The notes under the pieces were generated by a model. It was not told the origin of the DNA and ran no database searches. It was given only the letters and a program-made list of their open reading frames with translations. A program made the translations under genes and the position numbers. Shown here one piece after another: positions 1-14,913 of a stretch of DNA of 64,000 nt. Where the stretch lies: NCBI GenBank assembly GCA_028534125.1, contig CM052816.1:56856001-56920000 (forward strand), written 5' to 3'. Source of the stretch: Lama glama (lineage: Eukaryota). The first letter of the stretch is position 1; each line of letters starts with the position of its first letter.

Positions 1-934
1 GGCCCTGACATCAAGGGCTAGCCCAGGAAAGGTGCTCCTGCAGCCACCTGACTGAGGGATCAGAGGCAGGCCTGAGAAGGACGAGAACAGCCTGTCACAT
101 CTAGAATTGAACCTGTTTAGGAAACATTCAGTCCTCTGCTTCATTTAATAAGATGCTGCATTCATGTTTCATTTAAAATTCTAGGAATCACTGATAAGTA
201 AGTTGCACTGACTTGTTGACTTCTGGTAACACCAACTTGTTTACTTCACATGTAAAATGTTATCCTCTGCCTCTGTCTTCTAGCAATAGATATTTTAATA
301 GAATTTCCTGGAAATGGTATATTTCTCTGAAGACTGAACAGGAACTCTCAATATAAGGGGTCCCATGCAAACAGCCCCCTCCGGTTAACAGTGCTGAGGC
401 ACACTCAACCAAAGCACAAGGCACCATTTCAGGGAAAATATGAGTTTTCTGGACACTGGACATATTTTCTAAAGCATTATTTCTAAAGCATAAGCCAGAG
501 AACCTGCCATTATATCAGCATGTGCATGTCAACCTAAAGCATCTCTGGATGTGAGTTCACGGCAAATTTATCAAATAAAATCAAGGTAAACGCACTCCTC
601 TGAGGACAGTGTGACTTTCAGTGCACAAGATAGAGGATTATCTATATCAATGAAGATAATCATAAGTGTTTGCCTAGTAATGAAGGCAGCTGAAGAATTT
701 AATGAAATCCCCAATCACCTTATTCATTCACTTAACTAACATTTATCAGGTAATTAAAGTGTGCCAAACACTAAGATCTACGGAAAAGATGACAACCTTT
801 GTCCCTAAAATGCTCAATCCAATGAGAATGACAGCCTAGAACAGATCATATACAAAATGTGTCACAGGCAATAGGATCCAAGCAGTAGGATCAAATCAGG
901 ATGAGGGAGCAGACACTGGTAGGAAGAAAGCTGA

Positions 935-1615
935 CAGACTACAGTTGACCCCAGATATCCATTCTCTCCTTCATTTTAGTGGCAGGATCCTTCCATTTTA
1001 GCTGCGCACATGGCCAACCAGCTAAAGCCGCATGGCCCAATATGGTAGCCACTACTGCACATGGCATTAAACACTTGAAATGTGGCTAATCCTACATGTT
1101 GAAATAATATTTTAGATATATTGGGTTAAATACACTGGGTTAACTTCACCTGCTTTCTTTTTACTTGTCAATATGGTAGATGAGAAAATTTCAAGTTACA
1201 TTTGTAGCTCACATTATTTTAGACAGCGCTGAGCTAAGGACTCTATTACCCAGCATCCCCTGAGGTTAGGGGTGGGCACACGATGAAGCTGTGGCTAGCA
1301 AGATGTGAACAGGAGTACTGTCCACAGGGTCTGAGGCGGGTTCTTCAGAGGAAGGAGTGTGTGGCCTCCACACCCTCTTTCCCTGTTCTTACTGGTTGGA
1401 TGCAGGTGTATGAAGGTAAGCCAGCTGCACCCATGCCAATGAGGACAATGCCTGCGGACAGTGAGGACAGGGGAGCAACAAGAAAGAGGAACATGTTCCC
1501 TGGATCACTTCACAGAGTGAGCCAACCCTACTCTCCAGTTAGACTTTTACTTAAGAGAAATCCTTGTCTTGTTTATGTCCCTTTAAAATCACCCCAGCTA
1601 TATCCTAGCTAACAC
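935..1615. mobile_element. LTR16-like ERVL LTR interrupted by a MER33-like MITE (~1030-1231)
   Basis: tagctgcgcacatggccaaccagctaaag | actctattacccagcatcccctgaggttagg; the insert has ttacatttgtagctcacatta...gacagcgctg. Confidence 0.6.
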
Positions 1616-4600
1616 AGAAGGGTATAAGAGGTTTCCTAAAGGAGATCAAACCCTTAAAGACATCTTTACGAGCAGGAGTTTGCCAGGTGAAGGAAAAAGG
1701 CATATTGGTCATGAGGGTCGGGAGCACAAAGAAGGGGGTTTAGGGCAGAGGAGACAACAGAGCCAAGGCAGCGAGGCAAGGGTCAGCGGGATGTGTCCAG
1801 TGAGCTCTCACAGAGGAGCAAGAGGTTGGAGATAGGGAGCTCTGGAAGATGGTGAGGTAGCACTAAAGGATAAGGCTGCAAAGGCTGGTCAAATGTGGGA
1901 AAGCCCTGAATGATGGATGGAGAACCTGGAACTTTTTCACATAGCTATGGAGAGCAACTGTAGAGCCTACCCAAGGAGGGAACAATCATTCTAGTGACAG
2001 TGTAGAAAGTGGATTTTCAGGAGACCAAATCAAAGGCAGGAGTGAAATGGCAAGCCAGATAAGGTCTGATCAGGGCCTGATGTGCAGCAATAGCTGTGTG
2101 GAGAAGATGCTACAGAATGAAGATCTATTCAAAAGATCCAGTCACCCTAGGGGGCAAAGAAGAGGGAAAGGTAGTCTCAGATTTCTGGGTTAGAGGAAGG
2201 TACCAACAACTAAGGCAGGAGGAGGAGCCATTTGGGATGGAGTGGGGAGGTGACAGGCTTGTTTCAAACACACTGAGTCTGAGACGTTGCCATTTGTGCC
2301 AAAGTATGTCGTTAACAGCTGCCCCTTGCCTCGAGCATAAACATGGTACCAGAGACAAGGATGCAAATTCCAGGGGGGCATTAATGTAGACACCCAGTGT
2401 CCACAGACATCAACGGCCCAAACCAGAGGACAGTAAACACCAGGAGGAAAGAGAAGGGAAAGGGGAGGTAAAAAATAATCAAAATCACAGTGATCTAAGA
2501 CAGTGCCGAGACTCCCCAGGTTCTTCTCAGAAAACTAAATAGGAAAACAAAAGTGCACGAGACTTTCAGGGGGAAGTGGAGAATAAAAAAGGGATGAAAC
2601 TACCACAAAAATTCAAAGCAAAACTTTGTCCAAAATGGCTCTCTTAACCTCTGCACTAAATTTTGTCAGTAAAAAAGCACACCCCAAATGACTTAAAATA
2701 CTTCATTTCCCCGAATTCAGTACCATGTTTTCTGAGGAAGCATCACACATAAAGGTACCACAATTCCATTTTAAGTTAGTCAAAAGGAGATTAAAAGACA
2801 CTAAACCACTGGATCTGCTATTTTTGCAGAACAGATGTATTAACTTTGCCTTTTAGGAAACAACCTGAGATGAAATTCCATCGCTTGCAAATTGTGAAAA
2901 TGCTAGTGTGACTGGGAGCCCTAACAATCCAGTTACATAAATATCTTGAAAAAGACATAACCCTGAGCCGGTTGGTTAACATCTCTGAGCTCCAGTTTCC
3001 TCATCTTTAAAATGAAAAACTAACCCGCCTGCCTGTCTGCCAGAATTGTTGAGGATTTAAGTGAGATATTAATAGGAGCCCCCTGGAAACCGAAAAGGGT
3101 ACACAAATTTTATTTTCTTATACAGAAGAAACTCTACTAGACTACTAAAATTTCTTTCTTGAATGTAGCAGCAAGCTAATGGATTAAGCAAGCACCAGTG
3201 ATAATTAACCATGATTTTCATAAAATGACCCAGGCAAAAAAATAACCTGTACCAGAGGAGTTAAATATAAATTCCCAGGTGCCACCTGCCAGAGATTCTA
3301 ATTCACACAGTCTTAGTGCCCAGGAAATTGTATTTCAAGGTCCCTCCCTCCCACCAGGTGGCTCTAATGACCAGCTAGATTTGGGACTCAAAGCTAGAAA
3401 ACTGCTGTCCAGAGAACAGACCCTTCTGCAACTGTAACTCAGCTGGCTGGAATTTGTGGCTATCAGTCCATCCATTCATATAGTATTTATTGCAAGCACC
3501 TAGTTTGCACCAGATGTGGAGCTAGGTGCTGAGAACCTATCCATGGTCTAGTGGAAGAGATTAAAGGTAACACACAGTGGTGACAACATGGAGCAGAATG
3601 TGTGATGACAGAGTAGACATGGGTCCTTACAGAGCATGCAACAGACCCAGACTCCAAGAAGAACAGGAGTCAGCCGGGTATGTGCAGGGAGCAGAGGAGT
3701 GCAGAGCAAAGGGAATGGTGAGCAGAGGGAATAGTGCAAAGGCAGAAAACCAAGGTGTGTTCAGGGAGCTGCCTGAGATCTGTCTGGCAGGAGGGAAAGC
3801 CAGAGAGGAACACAGGAGCCAGACCATGCAGGGTCATGAAAATTGTGAGGAGCCAGTGAAGGATTTTAGGCAGGAAACTGATATGCTCGGGCTTGTATTT
3901 GAGCAGCTTCACCCTGAAAGCAGTGGAAGATGCATGGTGTGCGAGGTGGGAGGTAGGAGGATGCAGACGGGAAAAGGGAGCCTGGAAACAGGGATCGTAG
4001 GAAACCATTACAGTCATCTGGAGAAACGGGGAAGCCCAAACCACAGGGCACCCGGTGCAGATCACAGAAAGAACTCCACAAAGATTAACTGGGCTCTGCT
4101 AGTTTAAACGCTTCTCTATAACCTGGATCTCACTACCTGTGCAGATGGTGGGAAGATACAGGAACAGCATTCAGGGTGATCCTCGCAGTGGCATACCTGG
4201 TATATTTGATACCGAAAGCAGGTCATTTAATATCCCCCTCCTCTATATGACAAATTTTTCAGCAACAGTTTTTTTAAATGAATAATGGCAAGAAATGCAG
4301 TGAAAATCTTACCTTATCAAACTATAAATTTTTTAAATAATGCAAATGTAAATAAAATTCTTAATGCCTTCCAAAGACATTGGCAACCACGGAACTGTGC
4401 CAGTCACTTTTTCGTCACTTGTCTTTTAGTTCTGAAACAAATTTCAATTTGAAAGATATTCAAATTCAATAAAATAGTTCAAATATAAAATTTGCATTTA
4501 TGAAACAATATGAAGGCTCACAATACTCACTCTGTTTCACTGCTTTACATTTTAAACACAAGAACATTAAGTGCTCACATAGAATGACAGAATTAAAGTA

Positions 4601-4958
4601 ACCCAAGTTTTGTTTCTTGGTTTTTTTTTTTTACCATCGCTCTGCTATCATTGCTTATATTTCAAATGGACTATTTAAAATATACTGTTAAATAGTACTA
4701 CAGAGATTGGACACACAAAGTGAACCCAAAAGAAGCCAAATCACCCCAAATCTTTGAATTTACTCTCAGAACAAACTTGTATAGTCAACAATATAACTGG
4801 GGAGTTGTCCAAATTAAATTCCACATTGAACACACTGTTTGTTAAACAAATCATTAAAATGTGCTAGTTTGAATCTTTCACAGATGTTATTAAAATGCCA
4901 CGGTGACTGCAGGAATTATTTAGAACTTAGACCAACAGAAGGATTTCGTGGGGGTAAT

Positions 4959-5458
4959 NNNNNNNNNNNNNNNNNNNNNNNNNNNNNNNNNNNNNNNNNN
5001 NNNNNNNNNNNNNNNNNNNNNNNNNNNNNNNNNNNNNNNNNNNNNNNNNNNNNNNNNNNNNNNNNNNNNNNNNNNNNNNNNNNNNNNNNNNNNNNNNNNN
5101 NNNNNNNNNNNNNNNNNNNNNNNNNNNNNNNNNNNNNNNNNNNNNNNNNNNNNNNNNNNNNNNNNNNNNNNNNNNNNNNNNNNNNNNNNNNNNNNNNNNN
5201 NNNNNNNNNNNNNNNNNNNNNNNNNNNNNNNNNNNNNNNNNNNNNNNNNNNNNNNNNNNNNNNNNNNNNNNNNNNNNNNNNNNNNNNNNNNNNNNNNNNN
5301 NNNNNNNNNNNNNNNNNNNNNNNNNNNNNNNNNNNNNNNNNNNNNNNNNNNNNNNNNNNNNNNNNNNNNNNNNNNNNNNNNNNNNNNNNNNNNNNNNNNN
5401 NNNNNNNNNNNNNNNNNNNNNNNNNNNNNNNNNNNNNNNNNNNNNNNNNNNNNNNNNN
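4959..5458. other. Assembly gap (500 N)
   Basis: Run of exactly 500 n, likely a placeholder size. Confidence 0.99.
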
Positions 5459-8400
5459 TTTTTCTGCAGAAAAACCTCTTTATTGTCAGCACTCTGGCCT
5501 GGCAGGGGTGAGGGAAGGGGGGCACGCTCACTGCCCATCCTCAGGATGCTACTGATACTAAAAAGGCCCCAGGAGACTGAGTCAAGGCCAACAAGGAACA
5601 AGTGCAGAGTGGTCGAGAACAGAACAAAAGGAAACAGATAAATCCTCAGGAGTGACAAAATGAAAAGTCACCTTCAGGTTCAAAACGCAACACATTTAAA
5701 ATGTCAACAGGCTGCTGGAATGCATAAAAATTCTGGGAACAGAGCACGGGCATTGAGAGGAAAGAATCTTAGGTCTAAAATATTGTCCCTCGTCTGGAGC
5801 CTCTAAGAAACAGCCATGAATTTAGGGCTCAAAATGACCAACCAGATAGTGTATTAGATTCTATGCAAAAAAAATGTTTTTAACTTCTATTTTTCACCCT
5901 AGCAAGATTTAGGATGACAAGCTATATAAACCAGAGCCTCTAACACAGACAAGTGTCTTACCTAAATTGTGACAAATTTCAAAGATGAGACAGTTGCGCT
6001 AGGAAGACAAATATGACAACATAGAAGCAGTGAAAACTTTTTGGATCAGCTGAATCCAAAGCTACTCGGGTCTCTCTTACACGTGGACAAGCTGGATTTC
6101 CCCTCCAAGCCTTCTGAGAGGCACCATGGGAAAGTGAAGAGAGAAAGGAGTCCCACACACCAGGAGGGACCGATAAACAAACTGCTAGACCTAGAGCAGG
6201 TTGTTTAACCTCCGTATCTCCTCAGTTTCCTTATCTCTAAAACAGATGAGGTTGTTGCAGGAATTAAAGATAATACACACAAGGCTCCAAGCACAGTGCT
6301 GAACAGAGAGAAAGCAATTAACATACAGTTATCATCATCTTCATTATCGAACTCCAAACCAAAGGACACAAAGAGGTCTTTCTCTAGCCGATGAAAATCA
6401 CACCTGATTCTCCCTGTAGCAGGGCCCTCAAAGGCTATGAGGGCTGTTTGGATAGTCGGATAACTTCATAAGACTCATTTCTCCAACTGTACAAAGACAT
6501 TCACACAGTGGTTCTATCTATGGCCTATGACAATCACACACTTGGCTAATGATTAAGAGAAGTCCCCATCGTCTGCAGTGGGAACACCATGTACCCTATT
6601 CCCCACCCCTGAGATCCAGAAGTGAGGCTCTTTTTTTTCCCAAGTATGTTAAACAGCCAATTCCTTCCCTTGGAGGTGTCGCAACTCAAGACTTGAAGAT
6701 AACCAGTGTACTCAGGCCAAGTCATTTCTAGTATGGAGACTCAACTGATAACAGTAACACAGTTTTACGATCGAACATGACTCCAAAGCCTGATGAGACA
6801 AGCAACGATAATTTCTTTATTCTGTGTTTGCCTTTTTATTACAACCATGAACCCAAGAGAAAAGGGTCATTTTGTCATTGGCTTTGAAGGATTAGAAGGG
6901 ACAAATGCTCGGGACCCCTGAAAATGTCTTAATGAAAGAGTGAGGCCAACATTTACAAACCATTTATGTGTATACAGTCCCACCAGCATCTGAGAGAAGG
7001 ACTCACAAAACCTCTTTTGGTGGGAATTTATTTTTTCTGAAAGGGGGATTGTGGTCTAGTAAAATGTCTCACTAATGCTTCTTCTCAAGTGGCTTTATAC
7101 TCCAGCTAAACAACAGAAGAAAAGAAAAACAGTGGTTTTTGAGGGGCTTTTGTGTGCTCTACTTCTTTTGCAACCTGAAGTAGAGAACCAGGGATTCCTG
7201 CTAGAACACGCCACTCATCAGCCCCTTTTCTTACATAACAGGCCTCTTTGAGACCTTCCTTCCCTAATTTGTGTTGGCTCCACATTCTCCCTCCAAGGTA
7301 CTAAATGCAGAAGTGCTAAATTACAAAAAAGACACGGGGCTGGAATAGCACCAACTGATCACATTCAGTGCTTTTCCACGTGTATATTTACAGACTTATG
7401 CCATAAATAACTTTTCACAAACAGAGCTACCATTGTTAGGTCTGGGGTTTATATTTATACATCATCTAAACTTTCCCAAGTATTTCCACCTATAGTTTTC
7501 ATTTGACTGGCAAACCACTCAGTTTTATCCAAAGGGCTGCTATCATCCCACTCATAGGGAGGGACCTGAGAAGTTTGAAACACTGTACAAAAGGTAAACT
7601 ACGTTCGCACTCCCAACCTCAAGCTTAATTTTGAGACTAAGTGAGAACACCTGCATTTTCAGCAAAAGGAACTTGTTAATAAATCCTTAACTAGCAGACA
7701 GAATAATTTTGTTTACCTTTTTTCTAATGTTAGTAAGGCAGAAGTTCTGCTTTGACCTGTGCTGGCTGAAATTTCCTCTGGCACTATAAATACCAAACTC
7801 TGCCAAACTGATAGGTAACTGGCATTCTGACGCAAGGCATGTAACACATAATCAATAAGGCTGTTTAACCTTCTTAGGGGCTTTTCATATCATACACACA
7901 ACTGTCTATATATACTGCTCAGAGTCACAGTAGGTAACAGATGAGGAAACTGAGGATGGCCCTGTGGGTAGGTACCTACCTGACTCCTGCAAGAGGAAAG
8001 CAGAGAAGAAGGCAGGGAAGAGAGCTGGGATGAGAGCTGGGAGACCGGGACGGGAGCCCGGGCCCAGTCCCCCCACCCCCGGCACTTTGCATTCTGTACA
8101 GCTAGTGTCCCAGCCCTGCCATTTTCAAGAGCACTGACCATAAGTGCATCTCACCTTAACCATATGGTGGTTTTGATCTCTGCCTCGATACAATACAAAA
8201 ATGGGATATTTATTGTTAACATATCTGAAACTGGTTTGTCAATAAATGGTATTCCTTTTCTATACAAGTTTGTTATTCCTAAATGAAAGAGAACAAATAT
8301 GAAGAACTAACTTTCATAGCATAGTTAAAAGCTTAGACTAATGTGCAAGAAGGACTGTTTGTGACTGCATACGTGATAACCCGGACAAGCACGCCTTCTT

Positions 8401-11400
8401 CCAACCTACTTAGTCTGCAGTGTTACATGGGATACACTATGAAACTGCATGCTTTGAATGTCTAGTGATATAAGGTTCACGGTCCTTCCCATGTAATCCC
8501 ACGTCATAATAACAGGAAGACTTCTGGCGGAAGAAACCACTATCTTTTTTTTTCTTTTTTCTTTAAAAGAAGTTACCTACTGTATACTAGTACTTAAAAT
8601 GCAATCATTCCATATCCAATAAAGAAAAATAAGGAATTTAAACCATAAACTTATCCTACCAAAGAAAGTAAGCAATAAGTCACACAAAAAAAAAATATAA
8701 GGCAGACTATAAAACAAAATGCTGTGCTGGTAACTCACTGATAAAAATACAAGTGTTTTTATTATGTAACAAGATGTATGTAAGTTATGATTTTACACAT
8801 GTACTTTTACCAGTCAGAAATATACTGACCCAAATATTCAAAGGCAAACACATGAATGTTCAAGAGCTACATACGTTACTGACTTGAATGTTTTTCTTTG
8901 CACACATCCATGTCCCTGCCTAATTTAGAAAAAGGAGACTTCTGCACCTACTCCCACTGGAAGATGCTACAGGCAAAGAAAGGCTGCTTCATTCGCTGGC
9001 TGTCCCCTCCGGGCCAGAGCACCTCAGAGCACGAATCCTGCACCTCCCCTAGCAGCCACCACACACACTGCCCTGTAAGGGGACCTGCGTGTCCACGTCT
9101 GAGTCAGGGACTGTGGCAAACTTTCCACATCCTTCATATCACTTCATATCACTTTGTATAGCACCCTGCTTATAATAGAGCCCAATATTTAATGTTTCTA
9201 ATTTGTTTTATTTCAAGGTACCTCAAGCTCATTGTATTAAAAAAAAGTGCTCAATTGCATATATACATAGAAAATGTAAAACCTCCCTCTAATCTCTCCA
9301 AAGGTGATGAACAATATTTCATGTACGTCTGGCTTTAGACCAACTCTGTTAACAGGCATGTCTTAACACCTATGTAGCAAAATTTAATGTACTGGAGCCA
9401 AGAAGATCCGCTCACCCAAGAGAGGCATCGTGGCTATATATCAGTCTCCAAAAAAGCTACTTATCCTCCCTTCCCTGTAATAAGCCTTAAATTCAATACA
9501 AACAAAAGTGTACTAGCAACTCTAAAGAAGGGAAAAAGGAAAACTGTTAAAGTATCAGTAGGGAAATCAACTACATATTTGGAATTCTACGGGAATAAGT
9601 TAACAAGAAGAAAACAGGCACCTGGCAGGAAAAAATGTTAAGGAAATTATTGAGACGTGATACATTTCCTGTCAAAACAACACATGAGGTGGTGATTCAT
9701 TTGATTAGTATCTTTTAAGTGCTACGTGACTTTAAATGCTCCATAAGTTTAGTGATATTCAACTGTGGCAACAAAGGATTTTATTTTTTTAATTTTAAGT
9801 ACTAAATTGTTCAAATGATCCTGTGCTCAAAAACAAAAACTACATATACTCACAGTATTAACAACTGTGCTCTTTAATGTCACTAAAGCAAGATAGGGCA
9901 ATACTATTTGCCTGCCCTAGCTGGCTAAACTGGCAGCCATCGATGTAATTCAGAGTTGTAAAGAGCTTAGTCCCGGACTGGAGAGCTGTCCCCAACAACA
10001 AAAATATTAGAATCAGTTTGCTCTTAAGTCAAGCAGAGCACCAATGAACTTGAGTGAATATTCAGAATTTTGTAAAATTGCTTCCATCCTCAAGTGCCTG
10101 TAGTTAGAGAAAAAAAAGTGTGTGGGTGTACACAAAGCTGGGTTTTCCCATACAAATTTAAAATGTAGTCATTACATGTATATTGCCAAAACAAACTGAA
10201 ATACAAAATACACTTTTCTGTTTGATAATATCCAAGTTTCTCCCCTGCTCCCCACCAAATAGTTACTATAAATGTTTCATAAGCCCAAATTTGAAAGGGT
10301 TTTTTTTTAATTAGCAACAATTAAGTAAGTTCAGTAAAAGCTGCAAAGCAAGTCCAAGAGTTTATAGTTGAATTATGACATTCGGAAGATACTCTATTTA
10401 TGAACTTAGCATACAGATTTTCATTAAAATATCTATTTCTTAAGTTCACTTCTCTTTTTATAACATCACTGAAGCAGATACACATTTACAATATAGATCA
10501 TGTTTAGGATACTGTAACAGCAACAAGAACATAAAAACACAGAGCCTGGACAATCCTTTGATTCCCATTATGCCATGTGTGTCCCCCAGCTGCTGAAAGC
10601 GCCCAGGCCCCACCTTCTTCACATCACAACCTATCCATTTGCTTTCACGGCTGCTGATCTGGCACAATGAGAGCTCCTCAAAACGACTTCCAGGTCCCTT
10701 ACCTCTAAGCCTCCAGCACCCAGTATATGCCTACCTCATAGTAATTACCAGCCAAACTCAACTCAGTGAAGTCTCAAAACTCTAGGAGAACTCTCAACTC
10801 CCTAAGGTAGAAGGGCTTTGGAAAGAACTCCTGGGTAAAGGTTTAGAGTGCTATACTCAGCAAGTAAAATCCCGACAGAATAATGCCCAATGGCCAAATC
10901 ACCAATACAATAAGACCTCTTTATCTGCAGGTTTTGAGAAGTGGAGGGATGTCATGTCTTAAAATGTCACCTTTTTCTGAGCACAAGTTTGATCTTTTTA
11001 ACATCACTAGTCAGAAGCTACATTAAATACTAGAGGTTTGAGAAATTTGCTAAACCTTTTGGGGTAAAATTGGTGATTTCACTTGGTCAATTTTACAAGC
11101 TTAAGACAAACTGAAGGGAAGTGGGGAAAGGGGTGGAGAACAAGAAAGAACCATTAAAAGTGTTATTTTAGCTAAAAATTGGCATTTATCAAAAATGCCA
11201 TGAATTCCAGGGCATATTCCCACCCAGCCTCACTGGAGTTAGGTACATTAAGTTCCATCTGCTAAATGAAATTAATACCCATTTTCAGTCATCTCTGAAT
11301 TCAATTAAAAATAATTACTAGATTATTACTGGCTGATTCCACCTCACTGCTCCTGAAGTATTCAGACAACAACAACATGGGCTGCCATCACATGGAAACC

Positions 11401-11736
11401 TCAGGGTATGAGCAATCATTTCTCCCTGTGAAGATGCAACCTGAAGCAGCATCTTCAAACCCAACTTCCCAAACAACTTAGATGTCGCCAGTCAAGTCTG
11501 AAAGCACTATAGGAAGCAAGCATTAGGCTAGTAACCCAAAGGAGGCTTGAGACACCATCTTTACCTCCAGAGAAACACAGAACTCGACAGATGAGACACA
11601 CCATGGAGAAGGTGTTGGCCCAACCCATCAGGTTTCAACTGAGGTCACTAGGGCCCCAGAGAGGTGATATGACTCACCCGGTACGTCAGTGGCAGTGCTA
11701 AGATTTCACTGAAATTCTCCTTATGGTTCAGCCTTT

Positions 11737-11891
11737 TTTTAAAGTTTTTATTTATTTTACATTGTTTATTTTGTTGGGGGGTGGTAATTAAGTTTATTTA
11801 TTATTTATTTTTTAATGGAGGTACTGGGGGTTGAACCCAGGACCTCATGCATGCTAGGCATATGCTCTACCACTGAGCTATACCCTCCCCC
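11737..11891 (-). mobile_element. tRNA-derived SINE (camelid Vic-1-like)
   Basis: Head GGGGGAGGGTATAGCTCAGTGGTAGAG with B box GGTTCAACCC and an A-rich tail; perfect 13-bp TSD TGGTTCAGCCTTT (11724-11736 / 11892-11904). Confidence 0.92.
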
Positions 11892-14800
11892 TGGTTCAGC
11901 CTTTGCTATACCCAGGCTACCTTTTTTAAATCTTCCTCTTTCACATAATCTACTACCAGCTTTTAAATGAATGAACTAGCAACCACATCCAACTCCCACT
12001 AAAAAAAGTTCTTAAATGTAAATCCAGACATTTTGTCTACTTCTATTAATTTCTGCTGCTGCTTCTACACAAAGATGCCATAACAGCCAATGAGCATAAA
12101 GTTTCCTACTGAGTGTGAAAGAAAAAAATACTTCTTCTATTTTTAATTTTAAAAAAACTAATACAATAATATCTAAATTCTACTTGGCATTCCTATCAAG
12201 ATGAAGTTTTCCTTACACTGCTCATAGTAAAACTGAATTTTCCCTAGGCCAGCCCCATTTTTGTAAATAAAGCAAATGAAAAGCTAACTTGGGACTTTTT
12301 GCAGATATGAAGATAGCCTAGAGTGTTCATTTTTTATTGCAAAACAACTGGATCTATATGTGAAATCTATTTCACCTTGTTACATAAGATTTAAATTGTT
12401 TTTATAAGAAGGCTAAAAATCAAAGGATATGAGACCTTTGTCTCATAATTCCTGTTCCATGGAACCTTTCTAAGTAAAGAACAAGGAACAATTAGAATTC
12501 CCATGGCTGAGATTTTAAAGATTCTTGACACTGTTTTTTACATTCAATAGCAAGCTATCAACATTTCTGGTTATTAAATGAGAGAAGAAAAATCCATAAG
12601 TATTTTACATAACTCAGTGTGACAAGAAACATACAATTTAAGAGAAATGCTTCTATTTTATTCTTCCCAAGAATCCATCAACTTAAAACTTACTAAAGTG
12701 CTGGTAACAGGTTTTGTGCGTTGCCCCTTACCGCCAAGAATGGTGAGTGGCCAACAGGAAACTGGCTAATGAAAGGGCTGTGATAACGGGTATAAAAGCA
12801 ACTTCCAGAAATTCATCCCTGAGAACTTCTGTCAAGTTGCAAGCCGACAACTCTACGAAAGGCAACACTGAAGATCTTGTACAAAAATCTATATACTTAT
12901 ATATAATGGGGATTCTGCCACTCCATCCCATCCAATTCCACCTCCAAACTTTATTAAAACCAATGAAAGCACTACCTAAAGAAATCAAGAGATTTCTTTC
13001 ATAGAAATAACCAAAGACCTCCATTTGGAAAGGATATGGATTCTGTGTGGATATGGGGAGATCATTATGTTCAAAAAGCTCAAAACTAAAGCCAGGCCAC
13101 CCAGTTCCAAGGTTTGTGCTATTTTCCACTCAAAATGATAAAAAAGAAAAAAAAAAGAATTGTTTTTCTTCTCCTCCTTGCCTCTTTTCCAGAACAAATA
13201 ATGAGGATATCATGCTCTTAAGAGTTGTGTCAGAAAGACTGAAGCCTCAAATAATATGAGGTTGCCAAAAAACTAAGGATAATCAATTTTTATTTCAACT
13301 TATTTTTTAAGCCAGAGCATCAAGGAGGGGATAGATGTGTCTCCTGATAGGAGCAGTGATGTAGTATAGATAAATGATAAGGCGAAGTCTTCTACATCTA
13401 TTTAGATTTTGTCTCCTCTTGGAGGGTGATAACTCTCCAATTGAAGGGGACAGAAAGAATGTCTGTAAGTAGGAGAGTCAATCATAAGGGAGCACCAACG
13501 GGCTCTGAGTAAGTTGCAGGCTGCTAGACATGCAAAGATAGAAAGAACACAATGAGATTTTCCACCCATAACCCATCAGGAACTGTGGAGAATGACAGGA
13601 TTCAAACACAGGAGACAGGAACATGTCATGTCAATTTTCAAAAAGGCCAATTCTAAACTACAGACAGAAGGAACTTCATGCTGATTATAAGCAAGATTGT
13701 AGAACAGATTAAATGGCTGATGTCTGAGTACCTCAGAGGAAGCAGTGGCTGCCTGGAGCCAAAGTGGGGTCCCCAAGATTAAGTCACATGAGAATAACCC
13801 CATTCCATCATGTGGTTATTAAATGTAACTCCACACAGTAGAGGCACAGCAGACTTGGTTGACATAGAATATATCCTTATGACAGGATGGAGGAGTAAGA
13901 ATCAGGTGCTAATACAAATAGAAGTAATCAGCTGAACAACTCTAACTGAAATCAATAAACATCACTGTGAAGTGAGGTATGCAGGGACACACCAAATTGC
14001 TCTGCCCTAGACCTCAGCCTAGGTAATAATTTTACTATTTCCTTAAGGCATTAAAGAAATACCTATCAAATCTGTGGATAACTTGGAAAAAAAACGGGCA
14101 GTGAAAGATAAATGTATAAACAATCTAAAAGACTTTGAAAGGCTAGAACAGATGGTCATGTACAGGAAAATTGAGAGAACTATTCAGGTTTATTCATGGG
14201 ACTATGAAGCCAATTGCACATGTCCATGAATGAGGAGATGGGGCTCAGCAGCAACACGTGTGAGAACAAACTTAGTAATTTTGAGATGACTGAACATCAC
14301 AAGTCAGTAGCCTTGTTTAGAAGTACTACAGTTGGAAAGCCACTGTTTGAGAAATTATTCTAGCCCAGATTCTGTGCTAAGCATTTTAAATATATTATCT
14401 TATTAAGTCCTTATAACAACTCTATGAGAGAAACAGATAAAATCTGAGGCTCAAAGTTAGATGGCTTGCCCGACACAAGGTAGAAACTAGCAGAGCTAAA
14501 AGCCTCCCCAGTTTTCTGATAGGCATTTGATAATCTTAACTCTGAGGCTTCAGTGCTTCCTGGTGGGGCAGGGGATGGAGGAGTCTCAGCAATGGTGGGA
14601 ATGGCTCTACTGTACTCTGCACTGTCAGTCAGCATCTAGAAGTACTACACTTTAAGAAGAATATAGCAAATTGGAATATGTTCAGTATTCAGGGTCATGA
14701 GAAGATTCAAAATCATGCCACTTAACAAGAACTCAAGAAACAGAATTTCCAACTTAAATAAAATAAGGCTTAAAGGTAGGCTATGCAATTACTTTTCCAA

Positions 14801-14913
14801 AATGTAGGGGCTGTCTTGTAAAATAAGTTGTTCAGAATGGCCCCCAAGTAGCATACTATAAAACTTAATACAAAGGAGATTGTTTAACAGTCAAAAGGTT
14901 TCCAAAGATAGAC

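Noticed and set aside
3577..4107. 176-aa ORF
   Set aside because: Lies in L2-like degenerate repeat sequence, starts at a non-ATG codon and resembles no known protein.
4839..5658. ORFs of 187-243 aa
   Set aside because: Artefacts of translating through the 500-N gap.
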